From Trichlorobacter lovleyi SZ (GTDB taxonomy: Bacteria > Desulfobacterota > Desulfuromonadia > Geobacterales > Pseudopelobacteraceae), in NCBI RefSeq assembly GCF_000020385.1, contig NC_010814.1:3885762-3917761 (forward strand): a stretch of DNA of 32,000 bases, in the 5' to 3' direction. The notes under the pieces are model-generated. The model was given only the letters and a program-made list of their open reading frames with translations, had not been told where the DNA came from and made no database searches. Position numbers and translations under genes: made by a program. The number at the start of each line of letters is the position of its first letter. The stretch's first letter is position 1. Below, piece by piece: positions 15,676-23,926 of the stretch.

Positions 15676-15713
15676 GTTGCCTAACCCTCACCCCCACTTT
15701 CCCTAGGGTGAAA

Positions 15714-17663
15714 TTATGACAACTCCTCCCACTGCGCGTACAGTTCCTCAAGCCTGGTGTTCAGTGCTGTATGCTGCTCACCGGCAGCCAGCCCTTGCTC
15801 AGGATCATCAAAGAAGCCGGGCCTGTTCATCTCTGCCTCAAGCTCAGCAATTTTTTGCTCAACCGTGGCGATCTCCTTCTCAATCGACTGTTGCTGTTTC
15901 TCCCGTGCCTGTTCTTCCTTTTTACGACGTTTCTGTTCTTCACGATCTTTAAGACGGTCTTCCTTATTCTGGGGGGGTAGCAACGCTACAGCGGATACGT
16001 TTGGTGCCGGTTCGGCTGCCGTCTTGATCTGGCGCGCTGATGCAACAGGTGTCTGGGCTGATTCGCTCTCTTTTTTTGATAAATAGTATTCGTAATCGCC
16101 GTAATAATCGGTCAGCTTGCCTTCGCCAACCTCTACAATCCGCGTTGCCAGACCGTTCACAAAGTAGCGGTCGTGGGAGACAAACACCACGGTGCCGTCA
16201 AAGCCCTTCAGGGCATCCAGCAGCACCTCTTTGCTGAACAGGTCCAGGTGGTTGGTGGGCTCATCCATCAGCAGCAAGTTAGAGGGACGCAGCAGCATCT
16301 TGGCCAGGGCCAGGCGGTTACGTTCACCACCGGACAGCACCCCCACCTTTTTATGGATGTCATCACCGGAAAACAGGAACGCCCCCAGGATATCCCGCAG
16401 CTTGGGTACCATCTCGTAGGGGCAGTCACTGTACAGCTCATCATAGGCGGTTCTGGTGGCATCCAGCACATTGGCCTGATCCTGGGCAAAGTAATCAGCC
16501 ACCACATTATGGCCTGGCTTCAAGCTGCCTTCCTGATACTCGCCACCGGCCAGTACGGCCATCAGGGTGGATTTTCCTGCCCCGTTATGCCCCACCAAGG
16601 CAACCCGTTCCCCTTTTTCAACGGTCAGATCAACCTTGTTCAGGACAACATTGCTTCCGTAGCTGCGGGTCAGCCCCTGCAGTTCCAGCACAATCCTGCC
16701 ACTCTTGGGGGCATCAGGAAACTGGAAGCGGATCTTCTTGCGCTCCGGCGGCAGTTCAATCCGTTCCACCTTCTCCAGCTGCTTGATCCGTGACTGCACC
16801 AGTGAGGCCTTGTTGGCCTGATAGCGGAAGCGGCGGATAAAGTCTTCGGTCTTCTGGACCTCTTCATCCTGCAGCCGTTTGGCCTCCCGTAGGGCAGAGA
16901 CCCGCTCTTCCCGTTGGATCAGGTAGGTGGAGTAGGAACAGTGGTAGTCGGCAATGGTGTGGTTCCAGACCTCGGCGATGCGGGAGCAGACCTGATCCAT
17001 GAAGAAACGGTCGTGGGAGACCAGGATAACAGAACCGGGGTAGGAGCAGAGATACTGTTCAAGCCAGTTGCGGGCCTCGATATCCAGGTGGTTGGTCGGT
17101 TCGTCCAGCAGCAGCACATCCGGTTTCTGCAGCAGCAGCCTGGCCAGGGCGATCCGCATCTGCCAACCACCGGAAAACTCGCCGCAGTCCTTGTGCCAGT
17201 CTTCCTGGCTGAACCCCAGACCTTTCAGCACGGTGCCGATCTCGGCCTCCATGGTGTAGCCGCCACGATGGCGGAACTGTTCCTGCAGTTCACCATAACG
17301 TGCCAGCAGGGCATCATGTCCGGCTGCATCGTGGGGCATCTGCTCCAGTTCCTGTCCCAGGCGGTGCAGTTCTTCTTCCAGCACCAGCAGTTCTGACAGG
17401 GCCGAACGGGCCTCGTGGAACAGCATCCGGCCACTGCTGACAATACCATCCTGCGGCAGATAGGCGGCCCTGGCACCCTTGGCCAGCTGGATATCACCGT
17501 TGCTTGATTCCTCAAGCCCGGCAATGATCTTCATCAGGGTGGATTTACCGGCCCCGTTTTCGCCGATCAGGGCCACCCGCTCACCCTTACGCAGGTGCCA
17601 GGAGATGTTCGCAAACAGAACACGACCGGAATAGTCTTTAGAAAGATTAACGAGTTGGAGCAT
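15714..17663 (-). CDS. ABC-F family ATPase (Uup/YheS-like, no membrane domain)
   Basis: 649 aa. Two ABC cassettes (Walker [10 protein letters not shown] and GHNGAGKST; signatures LSGGWQMR and LSGGERNR). Inter-domain linker. K/E-rich coiled C-terminal extension. Confidence 0.9.
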   Translation of the reverse strand: MLQLVNLSKDYSGRVLFANISWHLRKGERVALIGENGAGKSTLMKIIAGLEESSNGDIQLAKGARAAYLPQDGIVSSGRMLFHEARSALSELLVLEEELHRLGQELEQMPHDAAGHDALLARYGELQEQFRHRGGYTMEAEIGTVLKGLGFSQEDWHKDCGEFSGGWQMRIALARLLLQKPDVLLLDEPTNHLDIEARNWLEQYLCSYPGSVILVSHDRFFMDQVCSRIAEVWNHTIADYHCSYSTYLIQREERVSALREAKRLQDEEVQKTEDFIRRFRYQANKASLVQSRIKQLEKVERIELPPERKKIRFQFPDAPKSGRIVLELQGLTRSYGSNVVLNKVDLTVEKGERVALVGHNGAGKSTLMAVLAGGEYQEGSLKPGHNVVADYFAQDQANVLDATRTAYDELYSDCPYEMVPKLRDILGAFLFSGDDIHKKVGVLSGGERNRLALAKMLLRPSNLLLMDEPTNHLDLFSKEVLLDALKGFDGTVVFVSHDRYFVNGLATRIVEVGEGKLTDYYGDYEYYLSKKESESAQTPVASARQIKTAAEPAPNVSAVALLPPQNKEDRLKDREEQKRRKKEEQAREKQQQSIEKEIATVEQKIAELEAEMNRPGFFDDPEQGLAAGEQHTALNTRLEELYAQWEELS

Positions 17664-17666
17664 AAT

Positions 17667-18356
17667 TTAGTCTTGGTGTGCGGTGTCTGAGATAATCGAA
17701 CCATCGCGGAAGGTAATCCGGCGGGAGGCATATTCTGCCACTTCCGGTTCATGGGTAATCATCACAATGGTAATCCCCTGTTGGTTCAGGTCTGTGAACA
17801 GCTGCATGATTTCATGGGTGGTGGTGGTGTCCAGGTTGCCGGTTGGCTCATCAGCCAGGATCACGGCCGGTTCGTTGACCAGCGCGCGGGCGATCGCCAC
17901 CCGTTGCTGCTGTCCGCCGGAGAGCTGTGCACTGGTGTGATTAACCCGTTCACCCAGACCAACACGTTCAAGCGCAGCTGTAGCCCGCTGGTGACGCTCT
18001 GCTGCTGAAACCCCGGCATAGACCAACGGCAGTTCCACGTTTTCAAGGGCCGTGGTGCGGGGCAACAGGTTAAAGCCCTGGAACACAAAGCCCAGTTTTT
18101 TGTTGCGCACCTCGGCAAGGCTGTCCGGGGTCATCCCGGCAGTATCAATGCCGTCCAGCCAGTAGGTACCGCTGGTGGGTTTATCCAGACATCCCAGGGT
18201 ATTCATGCAGGTGGATTTACCACTACCGGAAGCACCCATGATCGCCACAAACTCCCCCACGCTGATGGTAAAGGAGACCCCCCGCAGCGCCTCAACGGTG
18301 TGGTCACCCTCGCCGAACACGCGGCGGATATTTTCCAGTTTGATGACGTCAGGCAT
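17667..18356 (-). CDS. ABC transporter ATP-binding protein, MacB/LolD/FtsE-like; no cognate permease gene adjacent
   Basis: 229 aa. Walker A GASGSGKST, signature LSGGQQQR, Walker B ILADEPTGNLD. The N-terminal pattern IKLENIRRVFGEG...VEALRGVSF is typical of FtsX-partner ATPases. Confidence 0.85.
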   Translation of the reverse strand: MPDVIKLENIRRVFGEGDHTVEALRGVSFTISVGEFVAIMGASGSGKSTCMNTLGCLDKPTSGTYWLDGIDTAGMTPDSLAEVRNKKLGFVFQGFNLLPRTTALENVELPLVYAGVSAAERHQRATAALERVGLGERVNHTSAQLSGGQQQRVAIARALVNEPAVILADEPTGNLDTTTTHEIMQLFTDLNQQGITIVMITHEPEVAEYASRRITFRDGSIISDTAHQD

Positions 18357-18358
18357 GG

Positions 18359-18820
18359 TTAGTGGTGGTATGGCTCGTTATTCAGGATGGTGCAGGCCCG
18401 ATAGATCTGTTCAAGCAGGAACGGGCGCACCATCTGGTGGGTAAAGGTCATGGCGGAAAGTGCCAGCACCTTGCCGGCACGGCTGCGGACTTCATCGCTG
18501 AAGCCGTAGGAACCGCCAATGGCAAAGACCAGCTCGGTGGTACCACTGTCACGATGTTTGCCGATAAATTCAGCAAATTTGACGGAATCCAGCTGCTGGC
18601 CCCGTTCATCCAGTGCCACCAGCACCGCGTTGGGGGAAAGCTGTTTCAGTAACCGCTCACCTTCGCGACGGCGCCCTTCTTCAAGGGTGGCATCCTTCTC
18701 ATCTTTCAGTTCATCAATGGCCAACGGCAGGTAGCGTTCAATCCGCCCGCTATACTCCGTAACCCCCTGCTTGATCCAGGGGTCACGGGTCTTTCCAAGC
18801 CAGATAATACGGAGCTTCAT
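18359..18820 (-). CDS. rlmH: 23S rRNA (pseudouridine1915-N3)-methyltransferase RlmH (SPOUT)
   Basis: 153 aa. Typical RlmH layout and length (MKLRIIWLGKT..., FAIGGSYGFS, LSAMTFTHQMVR). Conserved position downstream of rsfS. Confidence 0.9.
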   Translation of the reverse strand: MKLRIIWLGKTRDPWIKQGVTEYSGRIERYLPLAIDELKDEKDATLEEGRRREGERLLKQLSPNAVLVALDERGQQLDSVKFAEFIGKHRDSGTTELVFAIGGSYGFSDEVRSRAGKVLALSAMTFTHQMVRPFLLEQIYRACTILNNEPYHH

Positions 18821-18832
18821 GGCATTTGCCGA

Positions 18833-19249
18833 TCAGATTGTGAACGAGTCTTTGTTGGCTGCATCGGTGGCCTGCAACGCTGCTGACAGCTCCACCTGCT
18901 CTGCCTTTTCCCACAGCCCGTCCAGATCATAGCGTTTGCGCTGTTCCTCGTGGAAGATATGTACCAGCACATCGCTGTAATCCATCACGATCCACTTGCC
19001 TTCGGTCTCCCCCTCGATCTCCTGCACCTTGCCGAACTTTTTCAGCTCCCTGCGGATATGGTCGCAGATCGCCTGATTCTGTTTGTCGGACTGGCCGGAG
19101 ATGATCACCAGAAAATCGGCAATGGTGCTGATGGCGGTGATATCCAGCACCCGGAGGTCGTAGCCCTTCTTGTCGCTGGCCAATTCGGCACAGCGGATCG
19201 CCCGTTCACGTGGGCTGAGGGTCTGCTTTTCTGCAGTTTTTTCTGTCAT
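18833..19249 (-). CDS. rsfS: Ribosome silencing factor RsfS (Iojap family)
   Basis: 138 aa. Signature DYSDVLVHIFHEEQRKRYDLDGLW. Conserved nadD-rsfS-rlmH order. Confidence 0.9.
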   Translation of the reverse strand: MTEKTAEKQTLSPRERAIRCAELASDKKGYDLRVLDITAISTIADFLVIISGQSDKQNQAICDHIRRELKKFGKVQEIEGETEGKWIVMDYSDVLVHIFHEEQRKRYDLDGLWEKAEQVELSAALQATDAANKDSFTI

Positions 19250-19887
19250 GGTTGATACAATCCCTTCTGGGTAATAAATGATTCAATTTCAGGCGGAACA
19301 AGATAACGGATCGATTGCTGCCGTGCTACCCGTTCGCGCAGCTGGCTGGATGAGATATCCAGCCGGGTTCCGATCACAAAACGGATACTGGTGCCGCTAC
19401 TGTGTCGCACCAGGTTACCGGCCTCTTGTACAAACTGGTCGCGCACCAGCTCCGGTAACTGCTGTAATGGCTCGGTAATCGCTTTTTCAGGTCGTTCCAG
19501 TACTATCAGTGAGGCCAGCGGAAAAATGTCGGCATAACGGTGCCACAGGCCCAGCTCCAGAAAAGAGTCGCTGCCGATAATAAAATGCAGTTCGTCACCA
19601 GGCCGCGCTGTCCTGAGGGCGGTCAGGGTATCAACCGTGTAGGATTTGCCTGCTCGGTGCGCTTCTATGTCACTGAAACGGAAAGCCGGATTGGCAGCAA
19701 TGGCCCGTTGTACCATGGCTGCCCGCAGCTCGAAGGAGACATCCCCGGCCAGCGGTTTGTGCGGCGGATCAGCTGCCGGGATAAACAGCACCTGGTCCAG
19801 ACCGGCTGCCTCGCGGGCCTCTTCGGCTATCCGCAGGTGGGCAAGATGGATCGGGTTAAAGGTGCCGCCGAGCAGTCCAAGCTTCAT
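19246..19887 (-). CDS. nadD: Nicotinate-nucleotide adenylyltransferase
   Basis: 213 aa. N-terminal nucleotidyltransferase motif GGTFNPIHLAHL. 4-nt overlap with rsfS. Confidence 0.9.
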   Translation of the reverse strand: MKLGLLGGTFNPIHLAHLRIAEEAREAAGLDQVLFIPAADPPHKPLAGDVSFELRAAMVQRAIAANPAFRFSDIEAHRAGKSYTVDTLTALRTARPGDELHFIIGSDSFLELGLWHRYADIFPLASLIVLERPEKAITEPLQQLPELVRDQFVQEAGNLVRHSSGTSIRFVIGTRLDISSSQLRERVARQQSIRYLVPPEIESFITQKGLYQP

Positions 19888-19895
19888 GGCTGTTC

Positions 19896-20936
19896 CTACA
19901 GAAACTCGGAGAGTTTCTCCCGCTCATCCACCAGATAAAATTCTAGGGTCTTACGCAGGGCATCGTCAATAGTGGTGGTTGGTTCCCAGCCCAGGCATTC
20001 CTTGGCCCGCTTGACCGACGGCACCCGGGTCAGCATATCCTGGTAGCCTTTGCCGTAGAAGGAATCCGAAGATGTCTCCACGATCCGGCACTTGTCAGCC
20101 TTTTCCTTGTAGAGCGGGAAGGTGGCCACCATGTCACGCAGTTTTTCGGCCAGCTCCTTGACCGACAGGTCGTTGTTGGGGTTGCCGATATTGAAGATCT
20201 TGCCGTCGGCGCAACCGTTGCGATTCTCGATGATCTTCATCAGGGCATCGATGCCATCTTCAATAAAGGTGAAGGAACGGCGCTGGTTGCCGCCATCCAC
20301 CAGTTCAATCGGCTTTTCAGCCAGGATATCGTACAGGAACTGGGTCAGCACCCGTGAGCTGCCTTCCTTGGCAGTATGGATGCTGTCCAGCTTGGGGCCG
20401 ATCCAGTTGAAAGGACGGAACAGGGTGAATTTAAAGTTTTCGTGGTTGCCGTAGGCATAGATCACCCGGTCCAGCATCTGCTTGGCGCAGGAGTAGATCC
20501 AGCGTTCCTTGGCAATCGGCCCCAGCACCAGCGGTGAGTTTTCTTCATCAAACTCGGCGTCCGGGCTCATGCCGTAGACCTCGGAGGTGGAGGGAAAGAT
20601 GACCCGCTTCTTGTGCTTGACACACTGGCGAATGATCTTGAGATTTTCCTCGAAATCCAGTTCGAAGACCCGCAGCGGGTCCTTGACATAGGTGACCGGC
20701 GTGGCAATCGCCACCAGTGGCAGCACCACATCGCACTTCTTGATATGATACTCGATCCATTCCTTGTTGATGGTGATGTCACCCTCCAGAAAATGGAACC
20801 GCTCGTGTCCCAGCGACCGCTCCAGCTTGTCGCAGGCCATATCAAGACCATAGACCTCCCAGTCCGTGGTGGTCAGGATGCGATGGGTCAATGCATTGCC
20901 GATAAAACCGTTCACGCCGAGTATCAGTACTTTCAT
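19896..20936 (-). CDS. UDP-glucuronate oxidative decarboxylase, free-standing homologue of the ArnA C-terminal domain (SDR fold)
   Basis: 346 aa. Long stretches recall the E. coli ArnA C-terminal domain as I remember it: ILGVNGFIGN, KKCDVVLPLVAIATP, PLRVFELDFEENL, FPSTSEVYGM, FTLFRPFNWIGP. Confidence 0.85.
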   Translation of the reverse strand: MKVLILGVNGFIGNALTHRILTTTDWEVYGLDMACDKLERSLGHERFHFLEGDITINKEWIEYHIKKCDVVLPLVAIATPVTYVKDPLRVFELDFEENLKIIRQCVKHKKRVIFPSTSEVYGMSPDAEFDEENSPLVLGPIAKERWIYSCAKQMLDRVIYAYGNHENFKFTLFRPFNWIGPKLDSIHTAKEGSSRVLTQFLYDILAEKPIELVDGGNQRRSFTFIEDGIDALMKIIENRNGCADGKIFNIGNPNNDLSVKELAEKLRDMVATFPLYKEKADKCRIVETSSDSFYGKGYQDMLTRVPSVKRAKECLGWEPTTTIDDALRKTLEFYLVDEREKLSEFL

Positions 20937-20952
20937 CAGTGTCTCCTAGTTG

Positions 20953-21849
20953 TTATGCGAATCGATTAGATTCGCTCAATGAACATCCTGTTGCTTCTTG
21001 TTCCTGCCCACCCTCAAACTGCACCCTGCGTAGCTCCAGCAGCCCATCGCCGGTGCCGATACACAACGGTTTCAGTGAGACCACCTGCCCGGGTTGGCCA
21101 CTTCCCGCGACCGGCCAGGCGGACCAGATGAGCAGCTTCATGCTGTTAAGCTCGGTGAAGGCACCGGGATAAGGATGGGTCACTCCTCGGATCAGGTTGT
21201 AGATCTGAACCGAGCTTTTGGTCCAGTCGATCCGGCCATCTTCCGGCTTGCGGCCGCCAAAATAGCTCCCTGCTGCAAGGTCCATCGGAATACGATCTGC
21301 GCTGCCATCCACCAGCCTGGGCCAGGCCCTGCGCAGCACGGTCACCGCTGCCTCGTTTACCTTGCCAAAGACGTCGTGGGCCGTGTCGGTGAAGGCGATC
21401 GCAACCTTTTCCTGATCAACAATATCACCGGCATCCGGCTTGGCAACCATGTAATGCAGGGTTGCACCGGTCTCGGTCTCGCCGTTGATCACGGCCCAGT
21501 TGACCGGCACCCGGCCACGGTATTTCGGCAGCCAGGAGCCATGCAGGTTCAGTGCCCCTCTGGCTGGCAGTTCCAGCAGCTCCGGCTTGATCATGTTGCG
21601 ATAATAAAATGACAACAGAAAATCCGGTGCAATCTTGCGTACCTTTTCGATGTTCTCCGGTTCGTTGATGGAGCTGGTCAGGTATGGAATCCTGTTCGCC
21701 TCGGCCAGTTCACGCACTGAACTGAACCAGATCTGCTCAGTAGGTGAATCCTCATGGGTGAAGATCAGGCTGATCTCGGCCCCCTGGCGCAACAGTTCCT
21801 CAATGCAGCGGTAGCCGACGTTATGATAGGCACAGACGACAAGTTTCAT
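20953..21849 (-). CDS. Formyltransferase, free-standing homologue of the ArnA N-terminal domain (UDP-Ara4N formyltransferase-like)
   Basis: 298 aa. Motifs shared with the ArnA N-terminal / Fmt fold: SFYYRNMI, LNLHGSWLPKYRGRVPVNWAVINGETETGATLH, DAGDIV. Confidence 0.85.
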   Translation of the reverse strand: MKLVVCAYHNVGYRCIEELLRQGAEISLIFTHEDSPTEQIWFSSVRELAEANRIPYLTSSINEPENIEKVRKIAPDFLLSFYYRNMIKPELLELPARGALNLHGSWLPKYRGRVPVNWAVINGETETGATLHYMVAKPDAGDIVDQEKVAIAFTDTAHDVFGKVNEAAVTVLRRAWPRLVDGSADRIPMDLAAGSYFGGRKPEDGRIDWTKSSVQIYNLIRGVTHPYPGAFTELNSMKLLIWSAWPVAGSGQPGQVVSLKPLCIGTGDGLLELRRVQFEGGQEQEATGCSLSESNRFA

Positions 21850-22784
21850 GGTTCGTTAAACCCGTAGGTCTTTCTGACCACATACCGTGGGCGCTTACGC
21901 ACTTCCTGGTAGATCCTGCCCACATACTCACCCACAATGCCGATCCCAAAGATGACGATCCCGATGAAGAAGAACAGGATGGCAAACAGGGTGAAGACCC
22001 CCTCCACCTCAGCCCCGATCATGAAGCGCCGGACAAACAGAAACAGCGCAAACCCGACTGACAGGAAGGAGGTGATGATCCCCAGCAGGGCAAACAGCTG
22101 CAGCGGAACCACGGAAAAGCCGGTCATCAGGTCGAAATTGAGCCGGATCAGCCGGTAAAAGGAGTACTTGCTCTCGCCCAGGGTCCGCTCGGCATGCCCC
22201 ACCATGATTTCGGTCGGATTTGACGAAAAGGTCTGGGCCAGGGCGGGGATAAAGGTGGTGGACTCACCGCATTGGTTGATGTTGTTGATGATGTTGCGAT
22301 GGTAGCCCCGCAGCATGCAGCCGTAGTCGCTCATCTGCATCCCGGTCATCTTGTTGGTGGTGATGTTGACGATCCGTGAGGCCACCCGGCGAAAGAGCGG
22401 GTCCTGCCGCTTTTCACGGATCGTGCCGACCACGTCATGGCCGGATTCTATTGCAGCAACCATGCGGGGGATCTCTTCCGGCGGGTTCTGCAGGTCGGCA
22501 TCCAGCGTGATGACAATTTCTCCGCTGCTGCGCTCAAAGGCCGCCAGGATGGCCATATGCTGACCAAAGTTACCGTTGAACTCCACCACTTTCACACCTG
22601 GATAGCGCTGTACATACCCACGCAGCATCTCCAGCGAACGGTCACGCGAACCGTCATTGGTGAAGATGATCTCGAACGGACGTCCCAGCGCCTGTGCCAC
22701 CGGATAGAGCCGGTCCATCAACGGCTGCAGCGACTTTTCCTCATTGTACACCGGAACGACAATACTGACGTATGGCGCTGTCAT
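21846..22784 (-). CDS. arnC: Undecaprenyl-phosphate 4-deoxy-4-formamido-L-arabinose transferase-like GT2 glycosyltransferase
   Basis: 312 aa. Motifs: VSIVVPVYNEE, ITLDADLQNPPEEIPRMV, DVVGTIR, DYGCMLRGY, GESKYSF. Two C-terminal TM segments and GEYVGRIY..RPRY, as in E. coli ArnC. Confidence 0.85.
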   Translation of the reverse strand: MTAPYVSIVVPVYNEEKSLQPLMDRLYPVAQALGRPFEIIFTNDGSRDRSLEMLRGYVQRYPGVKVVEFNGNFGQHMAILAAFERSSGEIVITLDADLQNPPEEIPRMVAAIESGHDVVGTIREKRQDPLFRRVASRIVNITTNKMTGMQMSDYGCMLRGYHRNIINNINQCGESTTFIPALAQTFSSNPTEIMVGHAERTLGESKYSFYRLIRLNFDLMTGFSVVPLQLFALLGIITSFLSVGFALFLFVRRFMIGAEVEGVFTLFAILFFFIGIVIFGIGIVGEYVGRIYQEVRKRPRYVVRKTYGFNEP

Positions 22785-23926
22785 GCTGTCTGCGTCTCCT
22801 TTGCCAGAGTCTCAACCATCTCTGTACCCCACAGCCCGACCTGCCAGCGGCGGATCCCCGGTATGGCCTGAAGCTGCTCCAGCGTCACCGGCTGCTGTTC
22901 GGCAATCCGCTCCAGCAACCAGTTCGGCGCCAGCAATCCGGAAGCCAGTCCCATACGGCTGCTGATCCCTTCACGCCATTGCTTGAGCCGTGTAATCCTC
23001 GCCTTGATGCCCGGATTGGGCTCTCCCCTGCCCCGGGGAAAGCGGGGCAGATCTGCTTCAGCAACGGCAAGCCCCTGCCGGACTACTGTCAGCAGCTGTT
23101 CACCATAACGGCCAAGTAGACGTGGTGTCAGTCCCGCTATTCCGTTCATATCACGAACTGCAGCAGGTACCAGTTCAGCAATTTTAAGCAATGCCTCTGC
23201 CGGTATAACCTTGAAGGCGGGCCGGTCGGCCTCCCGCGCCTGCTGATCCCGGAACTGCAGTAGAGCCTCCAGGATAGCCAGGTTACGGGGTTTTAACTTG
23301 CCGGCGCCCTTACAGTTCAGAAAGAGCGGCCCGTTGCCCTTTTCAGCAACCCGGTTGCCAACCAGCAGGGCGCATTCTTCAGCTACCCATTCCCTGCGGC
23401 CAAGCTGCTCCAGCCTTGCATGCAGTCGATCTGCCAGCTCCAGTAAATGGGCCGTATCATGGGCTGCATAATCAGCCATTTCTGTGGTTAACGGGCGCTT
23501 GCTCCAGTCTGCCTTCTGAAAACGCTTGTCCAGTTCGATCCCGAAATGTTCCCGCAGCAGCGCAGCAAGGCCAAATTCAGTAGCACCGGTAAACTGTGCC
23601 GCGACCATGGTGTCAAACATCTGCTGCACGACAATACCAAAATCGCGATGCAGCGAGCGGATATCATAATCGCCACCATGCAGCACCGTACGTAGTCCCG
23701 GTCGTGCCAGTAAGACCCTCAGTGGCGAAAGATCTGAAAGCCGTAACGGATCAACCAACCAGGTTCCGGCACGGTTTGAAAGCTGCAACAGGCAGACCTT
23801 TTCCCGGTAGTGGTGCATCGAGTCGGCTTCAAGGTCAAGCGCCAGCTCAGTCTCATCAGTCAGCTCAGCACAGAGCTGCTCAAGCTGATGGTTATGCTCT
23901 ATCACAGTATAGCGCAGTAGCGGCAT
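22781..23926 (-). CDS. rnd: Ribonuclease D (DEDD 3'-5' exonuclease + HRDC domain)
   Basis: 381 aa. Exo motifs LALDLEADS, HGGDYDIRSL and YAAHDTAHLLEL. The C-terminal HRDC-like region ends in LEQLQAIPGIRRWQ. Confidence 0.85.
   Translation of the reverse strand: MPLLRYTVIEHNHQLEQLCAELTDETELALDLEADSMHHYREKVCLLQLSNRAGTWLVDPLRLSDLSPLRVLLARPGLRTVLHGGDYDIRSLHRDFGIVVQQMFDTMVAAQFTGATEFGLAALLREHFGIELDKRFQKADWSKRPLTTEMADYAAHDTAHLLELADRLHARLEQLGRREWVAEECALLVGNRVAEKGNGPLFLNCKGAGKLKPRNLAILEALLQFRDQQAREADRPAFKVIPAEALLKIAELVPAAVRDMNGIAGLTPRLLGRYGEQLLTVVRQGLAVAEADLPRFPRGRGEPNPGIKARITRLKQWREGISSRMGLASGLLAPNWLLERIAEQQPVTLEQLQAIPGIRRWQVGLWGTEMVETLAKETQTA

Noticed and set aside
7483-15696. 9-nt direct repeat TCACCCCCA at 7483-7491 and 15688-15696, bracketing the plus-strand module, as a possible target-site duplication or att remnant.
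   Set aside because: It is too short to exclude chance between two several-hundred-bp non-coding regions. No integrase, transposase, tRNA gene or terminal inverted repeats accompany it.
7387-15713. Low GC content as proof that the plus-strand module is a horizontally acquired island.
   Set aside because: Hand counts on sampled lines show lower GC than in the adjacent helicase and ABC-F genes. However, core genes such as yidC and rnpA are equally low (about 40-50% on sampled lines). Composition in this window is heterogeneous and not diagnostic without a proper windowed calculation.
16173-16793. Long antisense ORFs inside well-supported genes. Examples: 16173-16793 (+) in the ABC-F gene, 1374-1838 (+) in the M16 gene, 6979-7371 (+) in the helicase gene, 21094-21612 (+) in the formyltransferase gene, 27225-27719 (+) in mnmG, 9456-9905 (-) in the response regulator.
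   Set aside because: Their translations are low-complexity and Arg/Pro/Ala/Gly-rich with no recognisable motifs. They lie opposite genes with clear family signatures. Such shadow ORFs are expected in GC-rich coding DNA.
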